A stretch of DNA of 64,000 nt from Fervidobacterium sp. Lineage in GTDB: Bacteria; Thermotogota; Thermotogae; Thermotogales; Fervidobacteriaceae. The notes beneath the pieces were generated by a model. It ran no database searches and had not been told where the DNA came from. It saw nothing but the letters and a program-made list of their open reading frames with translations. This document shows, piece by piece, positions 29,091 to 38,630 of this stretch. The position numbers and the translations under genes are program-made. Within the stretch, counting starts at the first letter, position 1. Every line of letters begins with the position of its first letter. The stretch lies in the NCBI GenBank assembly GCA_049970055.1, contig JBMFNR010000003.1, forward strand, positions 32,001 to 96,000, written 5' to 3'.

Positions 29091-29993
29091 ATGGTTTTGT
29101 TTGTAGGAGAATTACTAGCAGATATGATTTCGCAAGAGTACTTTGAAAAAAGCGAGCATTTTTATATGAAAGTAGGTGGATCGCCTGGTAATATCGCAAG
29201 CTACCTTGCACAGCTTGGGATACCCGCAAGAGTAATTTCGAGAGTTGGAAACGATATAATTGGTGAACGAATTCTAAGAAAGCTAAGTCAAAATGGTGTA
29301 GACGTACGTTACGTACAACGTGACAATTATTTTGGGACGACACTTGTATTTGTTCAGAAAACTATTGAAAGCCCTGATTTCTTTGTTTTAAGAGGTGCAG
29401 ATAGGTTCTTGGAATTGCCTGATGAAAACTCACTTGATCAAGTTAAGATCTTACATCTCAGTTGTTGGCTACTGACTTTTAAGGATTTGTTTGAAAAGAC
29501 AATACATTTATTAGAAATTGCAAAGCAAAAAGGAATCAAAATTGGTTTCGATCCAAATTGCCGAGATAAGCTATTTGATTGCAAGAAGATACCTCTAGAG
29601 CGATTAGATAGGATCTCAAAGGTTACTTACTGCAAGCCTTCTTTAGATGATGCCATAGCAATTTTCGGGCAGGTAGATTATAAACTTGAAGACATCGCAA
29701 GATACTACATAGATAAGTTCCATGAAAAGGGCGTTGAAAACGTTGCTTTAACTTTAGGAAAGTACGGGGCCTATATATCCGATGGAAAAAGCATCACACA
29801 TATACCAAGTAGTGCGAAAAAGGTTGTGGATGCAACAGGAGCGGGCGACGGGTTCTGGGCAGGTATGTATTACGGAATATTAACGGGGAGAAGCTTCTTA
29901 GAATCTTGTAAGCTTGGAAGCAAAGTTGCTGGACATATACTTGGATTTATTGGTGCTGATGTTCGATTAAGCAAAGAGATTCTGGAGGAATGA
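29091..29993 (+). CDS. PfkB-family carbohydrate kinase (fructokinase-like)
   Basis: GGSPGNIA, FDPNCR and VVDATGAGDGF. Confidence 0.88.
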   Translation: MVLFVGELLADMISQEYFEKSEHFYMKVGGSPGNIASYLAQLGIPARVISRVGNDIIGERILRKLSQNGVDVRYVQRDNYFGTTLVFVQKTIESPDFFVLRGADRFLELPDENSLDQVKILHLSCWLLTFKDLFEKTIHLLEIAKQKGIKIGFDPNCRDKLFDCKKIPLERLDRISKVTYCKPSLDDAIAIFGQVDYKLEDIARYYIDKFHEKGVENVALTLGKYGAYISDGKSITHIPSSAKKVVDATGAGDGFWAGMYYGILTGRSFLESCKLGSKVAGHILGFIGADVRLSKEILEE

Positions 29994-29998
29994 GAATC

Positions 29999-31420
29999 AT
30001 GGAAAATGTAGTGAAAAGAATCGCTTTTTTCAATCCCCAAGGAAATTTTGATAAAAATGATAGTCACTTGACTGAACATCCAGATTTTGGCGGTCAACTT
30101 GTCTATGTAAAAGAGCTCGCAAAGGCCATGTCCTTTAAAGGTATAGAAGTAGATATATTTACAAGGCAAATTATAGATGAAAATTGGCCTGAATTCTCAG
30201 AACCCCTTGATTATTATCCAGACGCTCCCAATGTTCGCATTGTGAGGATACCGTTTGGTGGTGAAAAGTTTGTGAGAAAAGAAGATCTGTGGCCTTTTAT
30301 CCCCGAGTACGTTGAGAAGATATACAAGTTTTATAAAAGTGAAGGAGTGTTTCCAAATTTCGTAACAACTCATTATAGTGATGGTGGCATGAGTGGAGTG
30401 TTGTTTTGCGAGAAGACTGGTATACCTTTTTCATTTACTGCTCATTCCTTGGGAGTATGGAAGTTGGAGAAACTCTTGAAGAATGGACTAGATAGGAAAG
30501 AACTTGAGAAAAAGTATCGTTTCTCTGTAAGAATTTTTGCTGAAAATTTGTCCATTAAATATTCATCATTTGTTGTTTGCAGTACGAATCAGGAGAGGTA
30601 CGAACAATACTCACATGAACTATACAAAGTAGATCCGTACAACGAAAAATTTAAAGTCATACCACCTGGGATTAACCACAGAATTTTCAATACCCAAAAG
30701 CAAAATATCGACGAATTAATAGAGAAATATTTAAGTGAGGTTATTTCAAGAACGTCGTTGAAGCGCCAAAAACTTCCTTTTATAATTATGTCAAGCAGGA
30801 TAGACAGGAAGAAAAATCATATATCCGTTGTACGCGCATTTTTAGGAAATGAAAAATTGAAAAACATTGCTAATTTACTTATTGTCCTACGCGGAATAGA
30901 TGACGTGGTGAATTTTACGAAGAGCAGCACCACAGAAGAAGCGAATATTTTGAGAGAAATAGTGGAAACTGCTAACGATGAAATTGGAAAAAGTATCTTT
31001 TTCATAAATATCTCCGATCAGAGAAGTTTAGCTGCTCTTTATAGGGTTGCAGCGCAACGTGGCTCGGTTTTTGCTTTACCTGCACTCTACGAACCTTTTG
31101 GACTTGCTATCGTCGAAGCAGCCGCGTGCGGTTTGAAGATAGTTGCAACTATGAATGGTGGACCGGCAGAGATATTATCTAACCAAGAAGGATTACTTAT
31201 AAACCCAGAGGATTCTGAAGATATAGCTAGCAAGCTAACAATTGCCGTTACAAAATTCGATGCCAAGAAGTCACTCGAACTGGCATCAAAGTACAGTTGG
31301 GAAAAAACAGCGGAAAGGTATCTTGAATACATAAACAAATCGCTTGATAATAATGAACCTTGCAGTGTAGATAAAAGTGATATTAGTAAATTTATCAAAA
31401 TGATTAATGAATTACAATAA
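29999..31420 (+). CDS. Sucrose-phosphate-synthase-like GT4 glycosyltransferase (single domain)
   Basis: FNPQGNFD, HPDFGGQLVYVKELA, THYSDGG, TAHSLG, SSRIDRKKNH and YEPFGLAIVEAAACG. Confidence 0.8.
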   Translation: MENVVKRIAFFNPQGNFDKNDSHLTEHPDFGGQLVYVKELAKAMSFKGIEVDIFTRQIIDENWPEFSEPLDYYPDAPNVRIVRIPFGGEKFVRKEDLWPFIPEYVEKIYKFYKSEGVFPNFVTTHYSDGGMSGVLFCEKTGIPFSFTAHSLGVWKLEKLLKNGLDRKELEKKYRFSVRIFAENLSIKYSSFVVCSTNQERYEQYSHELYKVDPYNEKFKVIPPGINHRIFNTQKQNIDELIEKYLSEVISRTSLKRQKLPFIIMSSRIDRKKNHISVVRAFLGNEKLKNIANLLIVLRGIDDVVNFTKSSTTEEANILREIVETANDEIGKSIFFINISDQRSLAALYRVAAQRGSVFALPALYEPFGLAIVEAAACGLKIVATMNGGPAEILSNQEGLLINPEDSEDIASKLTIAVTKFDAKKSLELASKYSWEKTAERYLEYINKSLDNNEPCSVDKSDISKFIKMINELQ

Positions 31421-31447
31421 CCGAACATTTTTTATTAACTCACTAAT

Positions 31448-31477
31448 AAGCCTTGGTTTGGGACCAAGGCTTTTTTT
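31448..31477 (+). terminator. Intrinsic terminator
   Basis: AAGCCTTGGT-ttggg-ACCAAGGC followed by TTTTTTT. Confidence 0.85.
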
Positions 31478-31587
31478 GAAAATTGTTGAAAGTTACAATG
31501 CTTAGTTGAATATTTTTCATGGAGTGCTATAATTTCTACGATGGGTGTTTACGATTTCTCCGAGTTTACTACAAAGAGGTGAGGAAT

Positions 31588-33081
31588 TTGAAATTAGGTA
31601 GGTTGGTAGATGTTATCGAAAGATTTGTGGTAAAAGCAAACCTTTCGGAAGAACTTAGAAAAGCTGAAATAGAGTGTATTTCGAACAATTCCAGGAAGCT
31701 CGGTGAAGGATGTTTGTTCATATGTCGTGAAGGTTCGAAGTTTGATTCACACACGCTTGTTGAATCACTTTATGAGGAAGGGAACGTTATTGCTTTTGTA
31801 ACGGAAAAAGAAATAAATGGCAACATTCCTTACGTTCAGGTTTACGACAGTATGCTAGCAGAAGCTTACATAGCCGCGGAGTTTTACGAGCATCCTTACC
31901 AACACTTGATAACATTTGGTGTGACTGGAACAAACGGGAAAACTACGTGCGCTCACCTCTTTCATCATATAATGCAGCAATTTGGCTTATCTGGAAGCCT
32001 TTCTGGAACGGTACTAAACGACATACTCGGAGATAAGTTTTATATTCACAATACAACACCTGATGCGATAACTATTATGGAAAACATGTCAAAAACTTGT
32101 AAGAACGGCGGAAGCTATTATTCTATGGAAGTTTCTTCGCATTCTCTTGATCAAGGTCGCGTTGAGATGATAAGATACGATATTGCCGGTCTTACCAATA
32201 TTACAAGAGATCACCTTGATTACCATCCAACCTTTGAACATTATGTGAGCGCAAAATTGCATCTGTTCGATCTTTTGAAAAAAGACGGGTTAGCTGTAAT
32301 AAATGAAGAATATTTACCGCTACTTAATGGTAAGAAGGTACCAAAGTTAGTAACGTTTGGAACAAGCGAGAATTCAACTTATAAGATATCAGACATTAAG
32401 ACGAGTTGGAACGGTACAACGTTTACGTTGACAACTCCACATGGTGAGAAAAAAGTTTATACACAGATGATAGGCGAATACAACGCTTTCAACGTCACCT
32501 TAGTTTTGGCAGGACTTGTTGAAATCGGATACGAGATTGATGAAGTGATAAGTTACATTTCAACTTTCAGAGGTGTGGATGGAAGATTTGAACCTATTCC
32601 GGAAGCGAGAAAACTAGGGATAGAAGTTGTCATTGACTTTGCACATTCACCTGATGCTCTGGAAAAGGTTATAAAAAGCGCAAGAAAGCTTAGCAGGGGT
32701 AGAGTTATTGTTGTGTACGGAGCTGGTGGTCAAGCTGATAAAGGTAAAAGACCGATGATGGCGGAAGTTGTGACCACACTAGCAGATATTGCGATACTTA
32801 CGACCGATGATCCAAGGGGCGAAGATCCAGAAGAGATTATAAGAGATGTCGAGCAGGGCGTAAAACCCAATTCGCTTTCATTAACAGTTTTAGATAGAAG
32901 AGAAGCCATCGATACAGCGATCACACTGGCAACACGTGGCGATGTTGTGATTATCGCTGGTAGAGGGCACGAGCCATACCAAGTCTTTAGTGATACATTG
33001 AAGATACCATTCAAAGACAGAGATGTAGCTCTTGATATCATTCTTTCAAAAATCAATAAAAATCATCACTCGAAAGATTAG
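31588..33081 (+). CDS. murE: UDP-MurNAc-tripeptide synthetase
   Basis: GVTGTNGKTT, TTPD, MEVSSH, DHLDYH, DFAHSPD and DDPR. Confidence 0.93.
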   Translation: MKLGRLVDVIERFVVKANLSEELRKAEIECISNNSRKLGEGCLFICREGSKFDSHTLVESLYEEGNVIAFVTEKEINGNIPYVQVYDSMLAEAYIAAEFYEHPYQHLITFGVTGTNGKTTCAHLFHHIMQQFGLSGSLSGTVLNDILGDKFYIHNTTPDAITIMENMSKTCKNGGSYYSMEVSSHSLDQGRVEMIRYDIAGLTNITRDHLDYHPTFEHYVSAKLHLFDLLKKDGLAVINEEYLPLLNGKKVPKLVTFGTSENSTYKISDIKTSWNGTTFTLTTPHGEKKVYTQMIGEYNAFNVTLVLAGLVEIGYEIDEVISYISTFRGVDGRFEPIPEARKLGIEVVIDFAHSPDALEKVIKSARKLSRGRVIVVYGAGGQADKGKRPMMAEVVTTLADIAILTTDDPRGEDPEEIIRDVEQGVKPNSLSLTVLDRREAIDTAITLATRGDVVIIAGRGHEPYQVFSDTLKIPFKDRDVALDIILSKINKNHHSKD

Positions 33082-33095
33082 TAAGTGATTTTGGG

Positions 33096-34370
33096 GTGGT
33101 TCAGGTGTCTTTGAAACTACCGGAATTATACGGTCATAGATTTGTAGTTGATTCAAGAGAAGTCAAACCAGGGGATGTTTTTGTTGCTATTAAAGGTAAC
33201 AGAGTAGATGGACATGATTTTACAAAACAGGCAATTGAGAACGGTGCCTTTGCTGTTATTGTTGAACATGATGTCAAAGTGGAGAACCAAATAATTGTAC
33301 ATAACACTATTGATTTTCTTGGAAAATTAGCTAAGTCAATTATCGAAAGTTTTAATCCTAAAATCGTAGGGATAACTGGTTCAAACGGGAAGACAACGAC
33401 TAAAGAAATCGTTTGGTCTGTTTTAAACGCTGAGATTCCAACCTTTAAGAACGAAGGTAATCTTAATTCCGAAATAGGTCTTCCACTATCTATAATAAAC
33501 TCTTATAAAGGTGAATCACTTTTAGTGCTTGAAATGGCGCAAAGAGTTGTTGGTGATATTGAATATCTGTGCAAACTATTTAGGCCAGATGTAGGCGTTT
33601 TGTTGAACGTAGGTAGTGCACATGTGGGTATTGCTGGCAACATCGAGAGCATCTTTAAAGGAAAATGGCAAATAGTTGAAAATTCTAAACATGCGCTTGT
33701 AAATTTTGATGATCCACGGATGCGCTGTGAAAAATGTAGGTACTTTGGTACAACAGGTGGTGACTACATATTATCGAGTGTAAAAATTACTGGTGACTCA
33801 ACAATCTTGACGATTCTTTTTGAAGGTCAGGAACATTATTACCAACTTCCAGGTTATTGGACAAAATCAATGGCGTTATCTGTTTTGGTTGCTTTTGGGG
33901 TAGCTGATATGCTTGATATGCCATTTAATCCAGTAAGCTTGCTGAATTTTAAGCCTCTGAAGGGTAGGTTTAATGTTCATAGAATGAATGACGGTTACAT
34001 AATTGATGATACTTACAATGCAAGTTACGAGTCATTTAAAGCAGGTATCGAAGAAGTCATGACTGGATTTCCAAGGCCCAGGTACGCAGTTGTTGGTGCA
34101 ATGAAAGAACTTGGTGAATATTCAAAAACCTACCATGAACAACTTTCTGAAATATTGAAAGACTTTGACGGAGTCATAGTCTACGATAAGGAAGAGGAGT
34201 CAAAGTACATAAATAGTCAAAATATCCTATTTAGGAGCGAAAATTTCGAAGAAATTGTTAGATTTATAAAGGAAAAAATAATAAAAGACCATTTATTAGG
34301 TACAATTTATTTTAAAGCATCAAGAGCTGTTGAACTTGATAAGATGGTGGTAGAATTGCTTAATCGATAA
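33096..34370 (+). CDS. murF: UDP-MurNAc-pentapeptide synthetase
   Basis: DSR, DGHDF, GITGSNGKTTTKE, NSEIGLP, DTYNAS and KASR. Confidence 0.93.
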   Translation: MVQVSLKLPELYGHRFVVDSREVKPGDVFVAIKGNRVDGHDFTKQAIENGAFAVIVEHDVKVENQIIVHNTIDFLGKLAKSIIESFNPKIVGITGSNGKTTTKEIVWSVLNAEIPTFKNEGNLNSEIGLPLSIINSYKGESLLVLEMAQRVVGDIEYLCKLFRPDVGVLLNVGSAHVGIAGNIESIFKGKWQIVENSKHALVNFDDPRMRCEKCRYFGTTGGDYILSSVKITGDSTILTILFEGQEHYYQLPGYWTKSMALSVLVAFGVADMLDMPFNPVSLLNFKPLKGRFNVHRMNDGYIIDDTYNASYESFKAGIEEVMTGFPRPRYAVVGAMKELGEYSKTYHEQLSEILKDFDGVIVYDKEEESKYINSQNILFRSENFEEIVRFIKEKIIKDHLLGTIYFKASRAVELDKMVVELLNR

Positions 34371-34389
34371 TATATGGAGGTTGACTCGT

Positions 34390-35310
34390 ATGAAACTGTA
34401 CCTTAGTATAATATTCCTAGCAGAGTTTTTGGTAGGACTATTGATGTTTCCAAATTTTATTGAGTACATGAGAAAGTTTAAGCTTGGGCAATATATTCGT
34501 CGCGAGGGGCCTGATCTACACAATTATAAAGAAGGTACACCAACGGCTGGTGGTGTAGTTTTTATTTCAATAGCGATTATTGGAGGGCTTCTTGCTAAAA
34601 TTCCTAAGGAACTTTTGCTTACGTTGGTATTTTACGGATTCATTGGTTTCCTTGATGATTTTATAAGTATAACGAAAAAGCGTTCACTTGGCTTGAAAGC
34701 TTGGCAGAAATTAGTTTTGCAGTTCATCTTTTCTTTATGGATTGCAAATACAGTACTTCAGTACAGAGAAAGCTGCATATTTGGAATTCCAGTTGAAAAG
34801 TGGCTTTTTTATACCTTCACAATGTTTTTGATTTCAGGATACTCGAACGCGACCAATTTGACCGATGGTCTTGACGGCCTTGCTGGTTGGGTATTTGTGA
34901 CGAGCATGCTACCATTTATTTTTTTTTCAAAAAGTTTACAGCAGTTCAGTGCAATATTTGTTATCATAATGCCTTTACTTGCTTTCCTTGTTTATAATAC
35001 AAGGCCTGCAAAAGTATTTATGGGTGACACAGGATCTTTAGCTCTCGGAGCGTACATTTCAACATACGCCATTATGACTGGAAATGAACTTGCTTTAATA
35101 TTTTTCACATCGATATTTTTGTTAGAAACCATAAGTGTGATACTACAGGTAGGTTCATACAAATTAATGGGCAAACGCATCTTTAAAATGGCTCCGATAC
35201 ACCATCATTTTGAGTTGCTCGGTTGGAGGGAAGAGAAGATCGTTGGGGTTTTCAGCGCGTGGAATCTAGCAATCGCAATTTTCTACATATCGTTGTTTTT
35301 GAAAGGATAA
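34390..35310 (+). CDS. mraY: Phospho-MurNAc-pentapeptide transferase
   Basis: KEGTPTAGG, GFLDD, NLTDGLDG, FMGDTGS and MAPIHHHFE. Confidence 0.95.
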   Translation: MKLYLSIIFLAEFLVGLLMFPNFIEYMRKFKLGQYIRREGPDLHNYKEGTPTAGGVVFISIAIIGGLLAKIPKELLLTLVFYGFIGFLDDFISITKKRSLGLKAWQKLVLQFIFSLWIANTVLQYRESCIFGIPVEKWLFYTFTMFLISGYSNATNLTDGLDGLAGWVFVTSMLPFIFFSKSLQQFSAIFVIIMPLLAFLVYNTRPAKVFMGDTGSLALGAYISTYAIMTGNELALIFFTSIFLLETISVILQVGSYKLMGKRIFKMAPIHHHFELLGWREEKIVGVFSAWNLAIAIFYISLFLKG

Positions 35311-35321
35311 GTGGACAGGGG

Positions 35322-36242
35322 ATGGGTGTAGTATCTGTTAAGTACGTGTTTCTCGAAATTCTTTTAATAGTTTTACTAACTTTTTTCTCATATAAAACAA
35401 AAATATTGCTTGAGTTTCCCAGTGAAAGAAAAAAACACAAAAAGCCAGTACCTTTGATAGGCGGTATCGTTTTGTTTCTTACCATCCTAATGAGCTCAAG
35501 TGCAGGTTTAATGAAGAAAAATTTCGGATCAGATATATTATTTTATTTTGTTTTTGCGATTGGTTTGGTAGATGATATGTTTGAGATGCCTTACTATGCG
35601 AAATTGGTTCTACAATTTGTGGCTGGATTGACTTATGTGAATTTACACACGCTGCGCTTAACGGGTAATAGTAATTTTGATACGCTAATATCACTTGCTT
35701 TTTTCATTGTAATTTTAAATGGCTTCAACTTGATAGATGGTATAAATGGCCTTTTACTTGGCGTTGCACTGATTTACTCAATCATGGCGCTTAATCTTCA
35801 ATTTGCTATCTTTATTTTCGTCTTAGCTTTGTTCAATTTTAAAGAAATTTTGTTTATGGGTGATTCGGGAGCATTTTTGATTGCCTACGTACTTTTGGTT
35901 TCCTCTCAAAATGTATCGAATGAACTTACAGAACTTGCGGTATTTTTCGGATATCCATTGTATGAAATAACCTCATCATTTCTGAGAAGGGTTATTTTTG
36001 GAAAAAATCCATTTAAACCTGACAGATTTCATTTACATCATATTGGTTCGGAAGTCTTAGGTACTGTATTTTTCCTTATCAACGCATATTTACTCACCTT
36101 AGGTTTTTCACTCCTGTCAACCAAGAAATTCGGTTTGGTTTTCTACTTGTTGGTTTGGTTGACCCTTTTCTTCTTCCAAATAGTTACTATCAAACATTCC
36201 GAGCGCATGTTGGAGCGAAACCAGAGCGACTTCGAGCTGTGA
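35322..36242 (+). CDS. WecA/TagO-like polyprenyl-phosphate HexNAc-1-phosphate transferase
   Basis: RKKH..PVPLIGG, GLVDD, NLIDGINGL, FMGDSG and PFKPDRFHLHH. Confidence 0.85.
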   Translation: MGVVSVKYVFLEILLIVLLTFFSYKTKILLEFPSERKKHKKPVPLIGGIVLFLTILMSSSAGLMKKNFGSDILFYFVFAIGLVDDMFEMPYYAKLVLQFVAGLTYVNLHTLRLTGNSNFDTLISLAFFIVILNGFNLIDGINGLLLGVALIYSIMALNLQFAIFIFVLALFNFKEILFMGDSGAFLIAYVLLVSSQNVSNELTELAVFFGYPLYEITSSFLRRVIFGKNPFKPDRFHLHHIGSEVLGTVFFLINAYLLTLGFSLLSTKKFGLVFYLLVWLTLFFFQIVTIKHSERMLERNQSDFEL

Positions 36243-37025
36243 GTCGTCAGGTTGCGCTGTTGTTAATTTTTGTAAAAGCAAGCCTGGAGTGGAAAGTATT
36301 CTCAGACGTGGGTATCTATCGAACAGGCGTAATAATTCATATGAAATGCCTGCCACTACTGGAAGCACTAATATCCTCAGAATTATTCTACTCAACATAT
36401 TAAGCGGGCCAAAGATACCGAACAAACTGTGGATTAATATTGCGATGACTAAGAAAATCATGACAAAATTCGTCCCACATCGTGGGTGAATAGTTGAATA
36501 TTTTCTAGCATTTTCAATAGTTAGTTCTTCTCTATTTTCGAACGTATGAACGGCTTTGTGTTCGGCACCGTGGTACTTAAAAACCTCCTTTACATCTTTG
36601 AAAAGCGAGATTATATATACATACAAAAGAAAAACTCCAAGCCTTATAAATCCGTCAATAAGCGAAAATAAGAATTCGTTGCTCTTAACCCCAAGCCATT
36701 TTGTTAAGTATGCGGGCAAGACAATGAAGAGTCCGATAGCCAGTATCAAAGAAAAAATCAGGGAAAAGAAAGACTCGCTCTTTTTCATTTGTTCATCAGA
36801 AGATATTTCCGCACTTAAATTCAATGCCTTTATACCAAAATATACTGAATAAAATAGGCTGAAAAATCCTCTTAAAAATGGTACTTTAAGCCATTTATTT
36901 CTTGGATTTACACTTCCGAGTTCTTGAATTTCAATAGTACCGTCCTTTTTCCTTATAGCGACGACAACTTTCTTGCCCATCATCAGAACGCCATCTATAA
37001 CTGCTTGACCGCCAACTTTCATCAC
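36117..37025 (-). CDS. DUF1385 (YqhQ-like) membrane protein
   Basis: VGGQAVIDGV, YHGAEHK, HPRCGTNF and LQKLTT. Confidence 0.88.
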   Translation of the reverse strand: MMKVGGQAVIDGVLMMGKKVVVAIRKKDGTIEIQELGSVNPRNKWLKVPFLRGFFSLFYSVYFGIKALNLSAEISSDEQMKKSESFFSLIFSLILAIGLFIVLPAYLTKWLGVKSNEFLFSLIDGFIRLGVFLLYVYIISLFKDVKEVFKYHGAEHKAVHTFENREELTIENARKYSTIHPRCGTNFVMIFLVIAILIHSLFGIFGPLNMLSRIILRILVLPVVAGISYELLRLFDRYPRLRILSTPGLLLQKLTTAQPDDSQLEVALVSLQHALGMFDSNYLEEEKGQPNQQVENQTEFLG

Positions 37026-37056
37026 TTCACCTCGTTTCTTTATTAAATCGATAAAC

Positions 37057-37081
37057 TCACCGGTGCTAAAAGCACCGGTGA
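37057..37081. terminator. Stem-loop, possible terminator
   Basis: TCACCGGTGCT-AAA-AGCACCGGTGA. Confidence 0.55.
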
Positions 37082-37085
37082 ATTT

Positions 37086-37358
37086 TTATTCTTCTTTGCC
37101 AATAATACTGTTATAAACTTCAAGAATTTTTTGAAAATTAGAATCTTCGAGAATTATCCTATAGAATTTGTAAGCTTCTATGTCTTCCGGTGAGTTACGC
37201 TTCATAAAATAATTAAGTACCTTTCGTTTAAAATCTTGTCTTTCAGCGTCTGTCATTTGCGCGATTGATTTTACAATCCCAAGAATCCTTTCATCGTTCA
37301 AGCACGCTTGTGCGATGATTATTATCTCTTCCGTGGGTTCCCCAATTACTCCATCCAT
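37086..37358 (-). CDS. Hypothetical protein
   Basis: 90-aa ORF filling the gap downstream of spoVS on the same strand. Confidence 0.6.
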   Translation of the reverse strand: MDGVIGEPTEEIIIIAQACLNDERILGIVKSIAQMTDAERQDFKRKVLNYFMKRNSPEDIEAYKFYRIILEDSNFQKILEVYNSIIGKEE

Positions 37359-37387
37359 GCAGTTTTATCAAAACCTACCCCATGATA

Positions 37388-37651
37388 TCAACTTACTATG
37401 TAGACTTTGAATGATATTCCAGTTCTTGTTTCATTTCCAATTTGGATTTCAATAAAAGCGGGAACTGCATAAAGGTCCTGTTTTTCTTGTTCCAAGAATC
37501 TTCTTGCAATCGCCAATGCTTTTGATGCTTGGTTAACTGCCCCTGCCCCGATAGCTTGAATTTCGACTTTGCCGTTTTTCTTCAAAGAACCTACGATGGC
37601 TCCAGCTACTTTGTTGGGATTTGACTTTGAACTAACCTTCAATATTTCCAT
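37388..37651 (-). CDS. spoVS: SpoVS-family protein
   Basis: MEILKVSSKSNPNKVAGAI and QAIGAGAVNQA; AGGAGG RBS. Confidence 0.93.
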   Translation of the reverse strand: MEILKVSSKSNPNKVAGAIVGSLKKNGKVEIQAIGAGAVNQASKALAIARRFLEQEKQDLYAVPAFIEIQIGNETRTGISFKVYIVS

Positions 37652-37802
37652 AGTACCTGTCCTCCTTGTGCTTCTGTAGTGTGATATAATAGTAGGTAAC
37701 TTGTCTATATTTTATCACATATAATCATAAAAATCAAATTTTGAACTAAAAATTTCCACTAGTTATTAAAAATTGTTTCTACAACACGTCACAACTCACA
37801 TA

Positions 37803-37841
37803 AATAGTAACAAAAAATTAAATAATAGTAACAAAAAATTA
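37803..37841. repeat. Exact 18-bp direct repeat with a 21-bp period
   Basis: AATAGTAACAAAAAATTA at 37803-37820 and 37824-37841. Confidence 0.85.
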
Positions 37842-37895
37842 TTTTACTTTCGAGTGATCAGTGGTAAAATAATGATGGCGTTAATCAGCAAAAAA

Positions 37896-37967
37896 AGGTA
37901 CATAAAACGCGTTTTAAATGGTTTATAGATTCCCCGCACGTCTATAAACCTACGTGTTTTAGTACCT
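37896..37967 (+). promoter_or_regulatory. Structured leader upstream of rplU
   Basis: Nested stems AGGTAC/GTACCT, TAAAACGCGT/ACGTGTTTTA and GGTTTATAGA/TCTATAAACC. Confidence 0.6.
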
Positions 37968-37993
37968 ATGAAAATCATAGGAGGTGAAGTTTT

Positions 37994-38314
37994 GTGTACG
38001 CTATCGTAGAAAACGGCGGAAAGCAGTACAAAGTGGAAGTTGGGCAGCATTTGTACACAGAGAAATTGAAAGGTGTACAGCACGGAGATAAGGTTACGCT
38101 CGACAAGGTTGTTCTGGTTAAGACGGATGAAGGGAAAGTATTGGTTGGCAAGCCTTACTTGACGAATGTTGTTATCACTGGAACGGTTGTAGAACATGCC
38201 AGGGCGAGAAAGGTTCTCGTTGGTCAATTTATTCCAAGAAAGGGACACAAGACGATTAAAGGGCACAGACAGTGGTACACCACCATAAAGATCGAGAATA
38301 TAGAAATTAAGTAA
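37994..38314 (+). CDS. rplU: 50S ribosomal protein L21
   Basis: [14 protein letters not shown]...GHRQ. Confidence 0.97.
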   Translation: MYAIVENGGKQYKVEVGQHLYTEKLKGVQHGDKVTLDKVVLVKTDEGKVLVGKPYLTNVVITGTVVEHARARKVLVGQFIPRKGHKTIKGHRQWYTTIKIENIEIK

Positions 38315-38318
38315 GTAT

Positions 38319-38630
38319 ATGATTAAATGTACATTTTTAAGATTGAGCGGTACTTTCACGATCTTTGAAATAAAAGGTCACGCCGAGTATGATAAAAAAG
38401 GAAAAGATATAATTTGTGCAGCTGTTAGCACTGTGGCACAGCATACAGCAAGGGCCTTAAAAAAAGATGGAGCCCAGGTACAAGTAAAAGATGGATATCT
38501 TAAAGTATCGAATATTCCAAGTAATGAAATATCCCAGAGGCTAGTAACGGAATTATTTGAAACGATTAAAGATTTATCACGGCAGTATCCAAGATATATA
38601 AATGTGGAGGTGAGTGATGATGCGCATTAA
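38319..38630 (+). CDS. prp: Ribosomal-processing cysteine protease Prp
   Basis: [13 protein letters not shown]; located between rplU and rpmA. Confidence 0.9.
   Translation: MIKCTFLRLSGTFTIFEIKGHAEYDKKGKDIICAAVSTVAQHTARALKKDGAQVQVKDGYLKVSNIPSNEISQRLVTELFETIKDLSRQYPRYINVEVSDDAH

Noticed and set aside
37388..37651. spoVS as evidence of sporulation
   Set aside because: SpoVS homologues are common in non-sporulating bacteria, and there are no other sporulation genes here.
37844..38359. 171-aa minus-strand ORF
   Set aside because: Antisense to rplU and its leader.
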